Of a stretch of DNA of 64,000 nucleotides, positions 38,044-50,862 are shown piece after piece. Within the stretch, counting starts at the first letter, position 1, and every line of letters starts with the position of its first letter. The stretch comes from Amoebidium appalachense (lineage: Eukaryota > Protista > Ichthyosporea): the NCBI GenBank assembly GCA_963693365.1, contig CAVNZM010000004.1, forward strand, positions 12,552,468 to 12,616,467. Reading direction: 5' to 3'. The translations under genes and the position numbers were made by a program. The notes beneath the pieces are model-generated. The model was not told where the DNA came from and did not search any database. It was given only the letters and a program-made list of their open reading frames with translations.

Positions 38044-38606
38044 CTGCTGTTGGGGCGTAAATATTGTGTCGCATATGCGTTGGTATCAATGCCTCCATAA
38101 CCTCACAAGCTAGCTATATTATCTCTTTATACAACCACATTTTTGTCGAAATGCAGAGCTCAGTAATACACTGGAATCACGAATTCCCACTGACGTCAAC
38201 CTCGCTTTCAACCTCCGCGGCCTAAATCTAAATCACATTCACGCCGGTCCACGGGTGCTGATGACGTAGCATCGTTCATCTGATTGGAGGAGCGTACATT
38301 ACATATATGCATTGATTGGTCCTGAATCTTTCAACATTCCTACATATTGCACGATTGCTTGACACGGTAAGTAGATTAAATGATCTCTGCAGGGAATTAG
38401 CTTGTTTTAATTTTTAGTTCAGATCTACTGAATAAATGCTAGCGTATGATTAGGCAAAAAACAGTTAATTGTTTGTTTGATTTCCTTTCGATCTGACTGG
38501 TGGCCGGGCCGGCTGAGTCAAAACTCGAGTCGACTTCAGCCAACTCGGTCGCGACTCCAAAAGTTTTTACCCCTCGTCTTTTGCTGGCCTGAGAGAACCC
38601 ACGAAA
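38044..38606. promoter_or_regulatory. Putative bidirectional promoter with CRE, CCAAT and AP-1-like motifs
   Basis: Lies between divergent genes. TGACGTCA at 38191-38198, TGACGTA at 38262-38268, TGATTGG at 38281 and 38313, TGAGTCA at 38514-38520. The region is free of microsatellites. Confidence 0.45.
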
Positions 38607-39290
38607 ATGGTGTGCATTACGTGCATTCTCTACCCTGCGCTCCTGCTTTTGTGGACGCTTATTTCTAAGTGGCTGTGGCCGAAGAAGGTGGAGGAGGGGA
38701 CCGAGGCAACACAAGACAAGGCAAGTGTGAGGCTCAGTGCGGTGAACTGGCTGCCAGTCTGCGGGCTGCTTATTGCTTTTCCAGAAACAAGTGCCTGATT
38801 TTGGAGCATTGATGCGAGGGAATACCTTTGGGACCCTGAAGATAATTTTTTTGCATTGGGATTTTGATAATTGAGTTTTGTAGCCTTTCCCCTCCCCCTT
38901 CGGTCTTTTTATGCAATTGACGCACGCGAAACGACAAGATAGACTTGTGTATTTCTCACGAGAAGACGATGGGCTACTTTCCTTCGCTCGGCAGAAAGAA
39001 ACATCGCCGTTGTGGACTCCCAGTAAATGCTTGCTTGGTGATCGAAGCTGGCTTGCACAGGCATGGTTACCCCTACTTACTGCTTCCTCTCCTCACAGAG
39101 CGACCCACAATTAACTGTCGAGAAAGAAAAGACTATCGACGAAAAGGAATGCTGTGCCGACAATGCCACCACGGGCGCGCAAGAAACTAAGTCAGATGAG
39201 AAGAAGACGGGGGGCTGCCCTTTCAGTTACATGGCCAGCCTGGCTGGGGCTACACTACCTGTCGACCACCCAAAGGTGAAGGCCGACTAA
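38607..39290 (+). CDS. UPF0729/C18orf32-like (DUF4512) small membrane or lipid-droplet protein, 101 aa, 2 exons with a GC-AG intron
   Basis: Exon 38607-38720 encodes MVCITCILYPALLLLWTLISKWLWPKK, resembling the C18orf32 N-terminus MVCIPCIVIP...IWPKK. Donor AAG|GCAAGT at 38721, acceptor ctcacag at 39098. Exon 39099-39290 ends ...GGCPFSYMASLAGATLPVDHPKVKAD*. Confidence 0.8.
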
Positions 39291-39729
39291 TGTTATGTAT
39301 TATATTAGGAGGGCTATTTATATAAGGGCTTTTTTTTTTTTTTTACGAGGTCAGGGTGCTTCTGGAGGTACTTGCTTTTAACTTAAGGTTATTTTTGAAG
39401 GACAAATCAGTGTTTCACATGGCGCGTTGAAAGTTAGAGAGCCGTGACTATGAAAGGGAATATGTAGAGTAAACTTAATCTCAGGGCATTATCTGGTAAT
39501 ATGTTTCTGAAATAAACAGGACTCTTGACGCATTCGGTGTTTGCCTGATTGTGATACGAGTGTACTTTCGCTAATACAGCTGCACTCGAACACCTGCTCG
39601 CACAAGCTACCACACACGCTTTGAAGTTATGTTTGGACACGTGCTTGCATGCAGCATCACGAATTACATGCACGCATTTTCACGTGCACAGGTTCCTACA
39701 CGGATACACATAGTGTTTATAGGAGCTGT

Positions 39730-39880
39730 AAACACGTGTACACACGCACACACAGTAAACACGTCCACCATACACGCACGCCCACTTGCATGCATGGATG
39801 CACACACACACCACACACACGAAAGTGCACGTGCATGACCCCACACACACCCGTGCACACGCACACGCACATACACTGTG

Positions 39881-39935
<55 letters not shown>

Positions 39936-40395
39936 GGTGCACATGCACATGCACATACACGCGCGCGTACACACACACGCACATACACACATCTGCGCGT
40001 ACACACATGCACATGCACGCATGCACGCTCGCGCGCGCACACACACAACACGCACACACACACACACACGTGCATGTGCACGTGCATGCCCACACACACC
40101 CGTGCACACGCACACGCACCTGTACACATTCGCACGCACACCCGTGCACGCGCACACACACGTATGCACACACGCACACGCACACACACTCGCGCACCCG
40201 TGCACACGCACATGCACGTGCATACACGCGCGCGCGCGCACGCACACGCACACAATGTCATGTGCTCGCGCATACACGCACACACACCACACGCACACAC
40301 GCATGCGCGCTTGCGCGCGCACACACATAACACGCACACCCACACACGCACACGCACACACACACACACACACACACGCATGCACATGTACATAC
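39730..40395. repeat. Degenerate (CA/CG)n-derived low-complexity array
   Basis: Continuous alternating purine-pyrimidine sequence with a recurring cacacccgtgcacacgcaca unit. Confidence 0.9.
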
Positions 40396-40765
40396 CTTTT
40401 CTGCTGTCTTCAGTTCTGCCTTGCTCTTGAATAGTTTGTAACAAGCCCCCCCCCCCCCCCCCAAAAAAAAAAAAAAAAAAAAACGAAAAAATCAACAGAT
40501 AAAACGAAATATAGCATCCCGTCACAAATCACTACACACATGCACTTCACACACCCTCGTTGCTAACACCCGCACCACACCTCACCACACACAAGCACAC
40601 CTGTCTGCGAATGAGCGAGTTCTGCAGGCACAGGCACACACACAATTGTGTGCACTGACACACACACATTAGTCAGTGCTCCCAAACATTGTGTTGGTGC
40701 ATTATGTCACACGTACGCGTATGTGTGCGCACACACAGACACATCCACATAATCGGGTTTGCATA

Positions 40766-40800
<35 letters not shown>

Positions 40801-41688
40801 TCGTTTTAGCTCTTAAAGTAGGTGACATACACACAACTGCCTGAAGCACACCGTGAAGCATGCCGATGTGTACCTAAGTGCAGTCACTGACTGCTTTTCC
40901 TGTGGTTTAAAATAGTGTATATGTTTGTGCTATGATTAGGCTCTTTTGCTTGTTCACACACACAACCCATGTTATGGTATATCACAGCTCGCACTCACGC
41001 ACACAAAAACATACACGTACATGTCAATAATTAGAGGATAACAGGCCGAGTATGTATACTACACATGCGATCTGATGCGAAATTTCATCCCCACGACACA
41101 CGACCTTAATGTTTTTAAATTGCTGTCAATTGAATAACCCTGGGAGGCAAAGAGGGGGGGGGGGGGAGGCTGGATTTTTGTGACATTTTGTCTTTTGATG
41201 TACCTTCCATATTCAACTTTACTCCTAGTCCTTTATGCAAACATCCGGGGAAGCTACTAGTGTTGGGGGCAGGAGGCACACACACTGGAGCGTTAAATTT
41301 CTCCTCTTTTCTCCAACGTATGATACTTGCATACTTGCACGGTAACCGTGAAACGGAGACAGAGCACGCACAAGCCAGCACCGTACTGGGCTTGCACAAA
41401 TAAGCTTAACTCACACAGGTATACAGAATACCCCGTACCCATGATACTGGCACTGTTCACACATGATTTATGACACACCGTACAGTATCAATTATGTAAC
41501 CCCTTCCCGTCCCCCCTCCCCCCTCCCCCCCGGTCCCCCCCCCCCCCCCCCCCCCCCCCCCCACACGCACACACACACACGGCCCTCTGGAGAGAGGGCA
41601 GTGGGGTTACCGAAAATGGAGGGCCTTAATAATATTACTTTTCGAGACGGCCGTGAATGTTGTTCACATGTGACCCCCTCCTCCCCCC

Positions 41689-41719
<31 letters not shown>

Positions 41720-42729
41720 GGGCCATTAGCTGGACTCCTCGCATCAACAGGTTACTTTGATGGGCAAATAGGAACACAAAACTCACGTCACCACAGGGGA
41801 GCCTCTGAGATACGGGCGCGGCGTGCACACACAGTCACACACGCACAAACACACACGTATACACGCGCACTTATTGCACAATAACTAGTAATTATAATCC
41901 ACACTTGAGTGCCTATCGAACGAGTTGACATTATCAGGTAGTAAATCATTTTGCTCAACCGTGGGGTGCCTTCGTATATTGAGTCTAACCGTGTATGTAG
42001 TTCATAGTAGTAGGCATACATTACATTTCTGCACCCACCATCTGATGATGATAGATAACATATATCCAAAAGTAGTATAACATATATCCAAAAGTAGTAT
42101 ATACCGGCCATTATGTACACCATGTATGGACCTACTTGTATATATTGTTATAGTATATGACTTTATGTTCATTTGATTAAATGACCTTTACACATTGTGT
42201 GTGCATTTCACCTAATATTAGTACAAGGATACATGTCCTAAAAAAACAAAAACAAAAAAAACAGTTTTAGGATATGTTCTGTCCTGAGAGTGAAGCATAC
42301 AATACCTCAATCCAGTCAAAGGAACCAGGTAAAAAGACAAAATACGCACAACAGCACTTGGGTGCATTTGTTTGTGTGTGTGTGTGTGTGCATATGTTTT
42401 GTGTAGCCTCACATCCAGTCGTATACTAACTGCTACTAATAGGCAATGAAAGTCAATTCAAAGAGCAGTAATGTACATACCAAACACCCTCAAATCAACA
42501 GCCCCGCACCCTTCAGGTTGGCATGTGATATTATACACTTTAACGGGGAGGGAGGGGTTGTGGGTTGGGGATCTATAAGGGGGGGGGAAGAAAAAAGGAT
42601 AACGAGCAACGAGCACTAACAACTCATAATTTGGAAAACTGCTGGTGCGGGACGCCGACACTAAGCAGTAGAGAACATATGATACCTGCTATCTTTAACA
42701 ATCACCGTGTGGTTCACACATGCCGTTGG

Positions 42730-43125
42730 CTAGGGGCAGTTAAAGGTACGTGCACCTTTGCTCATGTAGCGCAGGAAGCATGCCAGCCTCTCACTCTGCA
42801 CCTTGTGTGTCTCCCCGACCACACGGCCCACTCGTGACCTGCCCATTCACCATAGCCGTGAGAATGACTTCAAATGTTATGTGTGTTAATTAAGCCTATG
42901 CATGTGTGTGAGTGCCAAGAGTGTGCAAGTCTTTGTTGTGTGTTTGTGCTGATCTATGCGGGTGTTGAAGGTGGGGGAGATGTAGAGTGGGGCGGGAAGA
43001 GATGGCATATAGACTGCATAGAAGAAGATCAATCGGTTGTAGTGGCCGTGCCCGTGCATGGGTCAGTATTGCTCTAACTTTCTTCTCCCACGTCTTTATC
43101 TTGTGTGGGTAGGGATTTTCTTTTT

Positions 43126-43165
<40 letters not shown>

Positions 43166-43192
43166 CGCGCGCTTTCTTTTTTTTTTTTTTTT

Positions 43193-43244
<52 letters not shown>

Positions 43245-43457
43245 TCCTTACATGTCGGCCAGTGCAGGGGTGGAGAGCATGACCTCCCTCTCGCAGCCCT
43301 CGCAGTCTATTTTTAGCAGCGCCACCCTGCTCTCGGCCATTTCAATCACAGCACTGAGACTGCGGGTAGGCACGGCAACACCCTGCCCTGATTGGCTGGC
43401 CCGGGAATTGGCAGGGTTGGACTCGTCGTATGAGATCCACAGTGTCTGTGTGTGTGT

Positions 43458-43508
<51 letters not shown>

Positions 43509-44150
43509 AACGACGGACACCACAGTGCAGAAGTTGCATAGCACACACAGAGTATGCACGTGCCTGCGTGTGTGCGTACGTGTGTGTGTGTGTGTGTAGG
43601 GGGGGGGAGGGGGGGGGGAGTATATGTAGCTCAGCGTACATGGCACAGAACTTCGAAAACAAGGTTTGAAGGTAGGACAGCGGGAGGGAACTGTGAGGGG
43701 GATATTGACTTGGGATTCAGTATTATGAGCAAGCCACCACAACATATCCCACGTGCACATCTAAAACGTGACAAATGAAGAAAAAGCTTGATCGTTTCAG
43801 AGAGAGTCTGTGGCCTATACCACATGCCTACCTTCAGTTAAGCATTAACTTAACCGCTGTACATGGCATATTGTTGATCTGTGAACTTACCCTTCCGTCT
43901 GCAGTAATGCCGTGGGGCAATATTGCCAGCCTGTTGGCCACCCCGTTTGCCACGGCATTGTACATCAGATAGCGCCTGTTCTCGGCTAGCGGCTCCACAC
44001 TGAGCACACGCACACCTGAAAAACACCATGTCAGTCTGGAAACCCTAGTTCCCCGGAAAAGGGTGACAACGGAAGATTAAGGGTAGAAAAGATCGGTCTG
44101 TGGCATTGGGGCTATAGGTGGCGCTGAACAACAAGCCAGTTGCAGGGACA

Positions 44151-44202
<52 letters not shown>

Positions 44203-47200
44203 ACACGCGCGAAGATTGGGGGGGGGGGGGGGGGGAGGGGGGAGGGGGGAGGGGAGGGGGGAGGGGGGGAGAGAAACGAGGGCCACAATGGTGTTACGTG
44301 AAGGGGACTGGAATGAAGGCACAGCACAAAAAGACACGAACTCCAATCCCCCCCCCCCCCCCCCCCTCCCCCCTCGATATAGCTGCACCTCGCCTATACC
44401 TCCCGGGTTCTCAGTCAACACACTCTCACGCTTCCCGTTATTTCATTCCTTCCCTTCCCTTCGCTTATCAACATCTTATCCCCGCGGCTTTTCTTTTCCT
44501 AGATTTTGTCTCCCTCCAATTTCCTTGTTTATCTCTCGCTGTTTCCCTCCCTTTTTCTCTTCGCGATAAAACACGGTGTATATGTTTTGGAAAATGCTTA
44601 TGTTGGATTTAGATTTCCCTCACCACTTCAGAGTTACCCCCCCCCCCCCCCCCCCCCCTTCTCAACTGCACATGAGGAGAGGAACATGCATCCCCCCCCC
44701 CCCCCCCCCCCCCCCCCCCACCCACCCACCTATCCCCCCCCACCCCCTCTCTCCCCTTCTCAACTGCACATGATGAAAGGAACATGGTAAGTCTAAAAAT
44801 GACAGGTATTTTGGCTATAGGGGACACTGGGGGAGAGGGGGGCCACGGGGGCGGGGGAGGGGGGGGGGGGGGGGGGGGGGGGAGGGGGGGGGGGGGGAGG
44901 GGGGGGGGGGGGGGGGGGGGGGGAGGGGGGGGGGGGGGGGGGGGGGGGGCATTACCGGGATGCTGTAAGAGTGCAGCAATTGCAAATGTGCCGATGTTGC
45001 CTCCGATATCCACTATGGTGTCACCGTCTGTGGGTGAAATAAGACTATATGAGATTGGCACGTGCTGATTGGACGGGGTTTGTTGCTAAGATTTAATGGC
45101 TGTGTGGGACTGGTCGTGAATTCTAGTCCCGTGCAAAACAACCAATCGTGCATCACGGTATTGTGGCGTGTTTGTGGTGGGTAAGGAATGGATGTCGGGA
45201 AAGTTAGAGGGCGTGAGGCAGGATGGAATGAGGCCATGTGTGTGTGTCCGGGATCGGGGAAGCTGAGGTGTGCATGTGTGTTTGTCTCTGTATGTGTGTG
45301 TGGGGGGGGGGGGGGGGGGGGGGGGAGGGGGGCAGAAGATTAAGAAGGGGAAGGGGAGGAGGGAACAGGTGCAGGGGAGAGGAAGTGCACGGAACCAAGA
45401 AGAAAGAATTATCAAAGGGTTTAGGGGAAATTGTGGGGAAACGACTGGGGTGAGGAAAGGGAGGAAGGGAGAGGGGGTGGGTAGGGGCTAGGAGAACCTT
45501 GAACGGGGGTGTCACAAATCTTGTAGACGTCTTCTGAAAACTCGGTGGCAATGTTGGCACCTTTCAGGTTGTGCCCCCACATGCGGAATGGCCTGTGTGT
45601 GTGTATGTGTGTGCGTGTGTGTGGGTGTGTGTGTGTGCGTGTGTGTGTGTCTGGTTGTGTGTCTGGGTGTGTGTTTGTGTGTTTGTGTGTATGTGTGTTC
45701 ACGCGCATATCCATGTGTGTGAGTGAGTGAGAGGGGGCGTGTGTGTGCTTGAGTGTGTGGCTGTGTACATGGGTGTATGGGGCGCGTGTGTGTGTGCATG
45801 TGCATGTGCATGTGCATGTGAGTGAGTGAGTGAGCGTGCATTGGGTTGTGTGTGTATGGTGCATGTCACTGTAAATGCTGTGTGTGTGTGCGTGTGTGTG
45901 TGTGCTGGAGCGTCTGCATGCCTGTGTGTATGTACGTGCACGTGCGCGCTCACGTGTATGTGCATGTGCCCATGTATGTGTGTGTTCATGTGTGGGTGCA
46001 TGTGAGTGTGAAAATGTGTGTGAAAATGTGTGTGTGCGCGCGTGTGTGTGTGTGTGTACGTGTGTGCAGGCGAGCGTAGGTGCGCACTGTGTGCATGTCT
46101 TCGTTGACATGTTTATACGAACTTGTGCACACCCATCAGTGTATTTATCTATGCAACGGTGTTTTCTCTCCGTTGAAATCCCCGTGAAGCAAGAGACTCG
46201 AGAGTGTAGAATTTAGACTGTTAGAAAAAGTGCCCGGGCACACGGAGGGTGGGTTTTGAGGGGGGGAAGGGGCCCAAGTGGGGGGGCGGGGGGGAGATAT
46301 TGAAGAGGTTGAGTGGGGTGGGGTGAGGGGTGGTGGGGGGGGGAGCGGGAGGAGAGGAGAAGCCGCCCTCAATATGCAGATAGACTGCACACCATCAAAA
46401 CTGTTCAGTATGTGTGCGCCCGCATGCCAAAAAAGGTGTGGAGCTTTTGGCCGTCACGGTGCCTTTGTTGGTGCATCCAAAGAGTCTGTGAAAGCAGAGG
46501 GGTACTGCTTCTATCGCCTAGTGCATGCAAAAGGCAAGGTTTGGTGTTCCCGTATCCAGGTCAGAGTTTATGCAACTCCCGCGTGAATGTGTGAGTGCTT
46601 GCCTGTGACTGTGCCTGAATGCTAAGACACGTGAGCAGTACTCCTTGCATATTACGGATTTGTGTGCGCGCACCACAGTGTGAAGCCCGTGTGCGGGTGT
46701 GTGCCCAGGTGTGCTTGTGTGTGCTCATGCCTGTGTTCGCCTGCACGTGCTCTTGTTTGCACAGATCTGAAGTATTGTAAGGAACGGTCTGCCTCTTTTT
46801 TGTGTTTGCAAGCGTGTGGATGTGTCTGCGTGTTTGTGTGCGTGTGTACGTGCAGCAAGCACGTAAAACCACAAGGGGGTGGATGTGGCCTGGTGTCGAG
46901 TTGTGTGTGTGTGCACGTGCGGGTATGCATCTCTAGATCCTGTGTCCGTGTGTGTTTTGTCTGCCTATCTACTTGGACGTGTGTGTGTGTGTGTGTGTGT
47001 GTGTGGATGGGCGGATGTTCGGTGCAAGCAGAGGGTGTCGATGCTTACCTGCCACAGGGAAGCTGTATGGTGACATCATCACCCACTGGGGGCTCCCCGT
47101 CCCATACGGCCGTAAGCACCTGAGGACCCAGCGCCACTGGTTTCTGCGCCAGCCCGAATGCACGTGCAACTAGAAGTTGTGGGGTGCAGGTGGGCAGACG

Positions 47201-47543
47201 GGGGGAGGGGGAGGGGGGGGAGGGGGGGGGGGGTAGTTAGAGCTGGCTCAGATAGAAACACGCCACCCAAACCAAATTATCATAGCAGGAAAAGGTGGAT
47301 AAAGTGTGCTGCAAAAAAACTGGCAGTCTGTGAGTGTGGGAAACATGGCGTGAGCCAGAAAGAAGGGAAAGTATACGTTTTCCATGCGTGTGTAGACCCT
47401 AAACCTTGGCAGCAAGGTCACAGGTGAAATGCACGGCTCCAGGCACAGCTGTGTAAGAGACCACAAATTGGGGAAACCTGCAGCTAGTTGGGCATGTGTG
47501 CGTGCGTGTGCGTGTGCGTGTGCGTGTGCGTGTGCGTGTGCGT

Positions 47544-47599
<56 letters not shown>

Positions 47600-47836
47600 A
47601 TGCGTGTTGTGCGTGTTGTGTGTGTGTGTGCTTGTACGCGTGTGTGTTTGTGTGCCGTGTGTGTGTGCGTGCGTGCGTGCGTGTGCTTCCCGATTGATGG
47701 GAAGGAAAAGTAAGTGGCACACACCTCGGCCAGGTAGTGCCGGAAGGCCTCTGTGTAGTATGACCAAAGTGCAGAAGAGAAGGAGCAGTAGTTTTGTCGT
47801 TTGGGCCGCACCAGTCAGGTGCCATACTGCTGCCAT
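42730..47836 (-). CDS. FkbM-family SAM-dependent methyltransferase with N-terminal signal/anchor, about 275 aa, 7 exons
   Basis: Minus-strand exons 47836-47725, 47169-47049, 45592-45498, 45027-44956, 44015-43891, 43445-43252 and 42838-42730 total 828 nt in frame. Motifs IVDIGGNIGTF, VLSVEP, LLKIDCEGCE and VVGETH. Hydrophobic segment KLLLLLFCTLVIL. Confidence 0.88.
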
Positions 47837-49370
47837 CTTGGCTCCACCAGCAGAATAGAGGGCTGGACAAAAGGAACCTTTGCGTGGTTTTTTCTAAGCC
47901 TTCTTCACCAGATTAGCAGGCTCGAGTAGGCAAAATTTCTGACCTCGTATCTACGAGAGGAGAAGTTTTTCAGAGCTACGTCCTTCAGCTGCCTGCCTTC
48001 ATGTTCAAAAGTCAAAAGCATTCATCTTCGAAAGCTTCATCCTAGGCGACTTTGACAGGAGTTTTCATTTGAAGTGACCCAAAAAATGCCGAGACTAGAT
48101 GGATCACCAATTAGAATCGAGGCTCGCATGCATCGGGCTTCAGCTATTGGCGTATGCTTTATCCTGGGGAACAGACCCCCATCCTCGAGGGTCGAGAGCC
48201 GTGCATGATGTACGGTTACTTTGGGTGCAAGCATACTAAGGATTAAATATCAGGCATAGCCCACAGGAACCCGGAAATACTATTTAAATACACTTTTACA
48301 TATAGGTCTTTTATTTATAAGCGGAGGCCGCCTGGAAGCCTGGTATCAGCGCCACCGCAACTACTTTAGCCATCCGTGTAAGATATGGTGTCACCGTGTG
48401 TGATGTCCGGCTAAATGATTGGTCAAATGCGCATCCATCGGAATGCATATCATGCATCATGTGGCTGTGAAGTATACGTAGCCGCTGCGAGTCTCAGTTG
48501 GACCTCATTTTTCTTAATTCAACAACAGAAGTATTTGTTTGCTTTCTAAAATAACCTATTAGTGCGTCCATTTTTTCTCCCTACAGTACTGAGGTTACAG
48601 AATTGTCCGCCGGACGATATCCTCGTGTCCCTGTCACAATCCCATACACTGGCTTCCGAATGGGGTAGCCTCCAGCTCAAAAGTTTTATTGCACCAATGA
48701 AAAGCGCTCCCGCCAATAAATCCCGTGGAATGAAGAGTGCTGATCTATCAGCCGTTGCTCAAGCTTTCTAGCATTGGAATTGTTCTGCCGATGTAGCCTC
48801 ATGTATAGCAACAAACACTTTCCTTCTCTATTCTTTTCACGTCAAAAAATATGCATGGCGTGCTCTCCTTTGAGCTTATGGTGACATAAGACTCAAACGA
48901 GTTTTTCATCTACAACCTACGAATATATTGGCATCTTATTGAAAGGCACATGATTGGCTTGTTCCCTGGCAGATAAACCAATGGAATGCAACCTCGCCTT
49001 GATTACCATCATACAGTACCCGCGGCCCCGCACAAACTTGTTTCATTTCCACCACCCTTCATTTTGCCCCGTTTTCCAACCAAAGTGCAACCATTTTCTT
49101 AGTGTTTAGACCCACACTGGGGATTGTTGAAAGGCAAACCTGGGGCTTTGTCAATAGGTGCCATAAGTCTCTGGCGCAAAAGAATACTGGTAGCACCGCT
49201 GCAGCAGTTGACTCAAACCCTGTACCCTTATCCGCATGAATTGCTCTCAAAGCTTGTTTCAAAGTAATATCCACAGGCGTGGCTATAGACTTTGCTTAAA
49301 AACTGTCACACGTGACGTGGCCTTCCTTCGTTCTGAACAGTGTTCTTCCTCCTCTTCTATTGGGGCTGCC

Positions 49371-49378
49371 TATTTAAA
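49371..49378 (+). promoter_or_regulatory. TATA-like box upstream of the serine protease
   Basis: TATTTAAA about 30 nt before the ATG at 49409. Confidence 0.35.
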
Positions 49379-49408
49379 CTCTGTTGAAGAAGCATTAGCA
49401 AGAACAAA

Positions 49409-50069
49409 ATGCACGTTTCTTCCCAAGCATTAGCGGGGTTGGCTGCCCTGTCAGCCCTCGCAACAGCACAGGACACAGGCACGGAGGCAGACGCAAAGTC
49501 TGTGCTTATTAGGCCCAGCTACATCATGAATGCGGTGAATGTATCGCTGGCCGATGATGGGGATGGGGAGACGGCAGGCAACCACATCTATGGCGGTGTG
49601 CTGGCTAACAGGGACTTCCCCTGGATGGCCTCCCTGCAGGTAATGACTTGCTCTGTATTTTGCAATATGAATGATACTTTTCTTGTGTGCAATAGGTGAT
49701 GAATGGTGTGAGTTAATGAGGGGTGAGGTCGGGCGCTTTCTGATTGCAGCAGCCATCTTCGGAACCATTTTTTTGTTGAAAAATGTTCTTGTTTTTTGTC
49801 TTCTTGTCTTTGATGAAACCGGTTTTATTCATCTTTTGTCATCCTCTGCCGTTCATGATAATGCAGACCTTCCGATGCTTTTGTGTCTTTTTCTTTTAGC
49901 TAGTTCATCCTGTCTCATATATAAGAGATCTCCATGATTTTATTTTTTTTCGCTTTTTGTCGACCACATAATCCCCGGCTTTGTCAGTGGCGCGTGGGAG
50001 ACATGTTGATTTGGGATTCTTTTTTTATTCAGAAATGATGGTCTGGTGACGCTTTGGTGATGCCAGGAC

Positions 50070-50105
<36 letters not shown>

Positions 50106-50827
50106 TGTGTGTGTTTGTGTGTGTGTTTTTTTTTTTTTTTTGTTTTTTGGGATGGGGGGGGGGGGGGGATACTGAAGAAGTCACAGTCTGCATGAGAGAA
50201 TCTGGAGGTGTGAGGTGGATTTAGCCGAGACACGAAATGTGGTTCAGATTTTATTTTTTATTTTATCCCGTTTTGTTCCCGGAGTACCCCTAGGGGCCCT
50301 CAGGGGGAACTACCGTCTTCCACCCAGCACCGACAGTACTCTAGCTATGGTTAAGTGCAGACAGAAGCAGTTTTTAACAAACATGTTGGAGGAATGATGC
50401 CTGTCTGGTGCAACTGCACGCCGTTATCACCCACTGACATAGTATCTTTTCCCACAGAAAGTATACGGGGACAGCTCTTTCCAGCACGTGTGCGGGGGGA
50501 TGCTCATCTCCCCCAACTGGGTGCTGACTGCCGGGCACTGCCTGCAAATGTTCGACCGTGTGTGTGTTGGTGGCCGGTCACTGGAGCAGCTGCACCAGGA
50601 GTTTGAGTGCTTTGGCATCGACCGCTATGTCACTCACCCAAATTTTGTTGCTGCAAGTTTTCTAAACGACATTCAGTTGGTCAAGCTTGATGGAAAAACA
50701 AACATAAAGCCAGTGCAGGTATGACTGAAGCCCTCCCCCAAGCCCGTCCCCCCTTCCTCTCCTCTCCCCCCTCCCCCTCCACCCCCACCACGACCACCGC
50801 CAAAACCACCCACCCACCACCCACCCA

Positions 50828-50862
<35 letters not shown>

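Noticed and set aside
49696-49743. Intronic box C (GTGATGA) to box D (CTGA) snoRNA candidate
   Set aside because: It spans only about 48 nt, has a minimal terminal stem, and has no recognisable rRNA guide.
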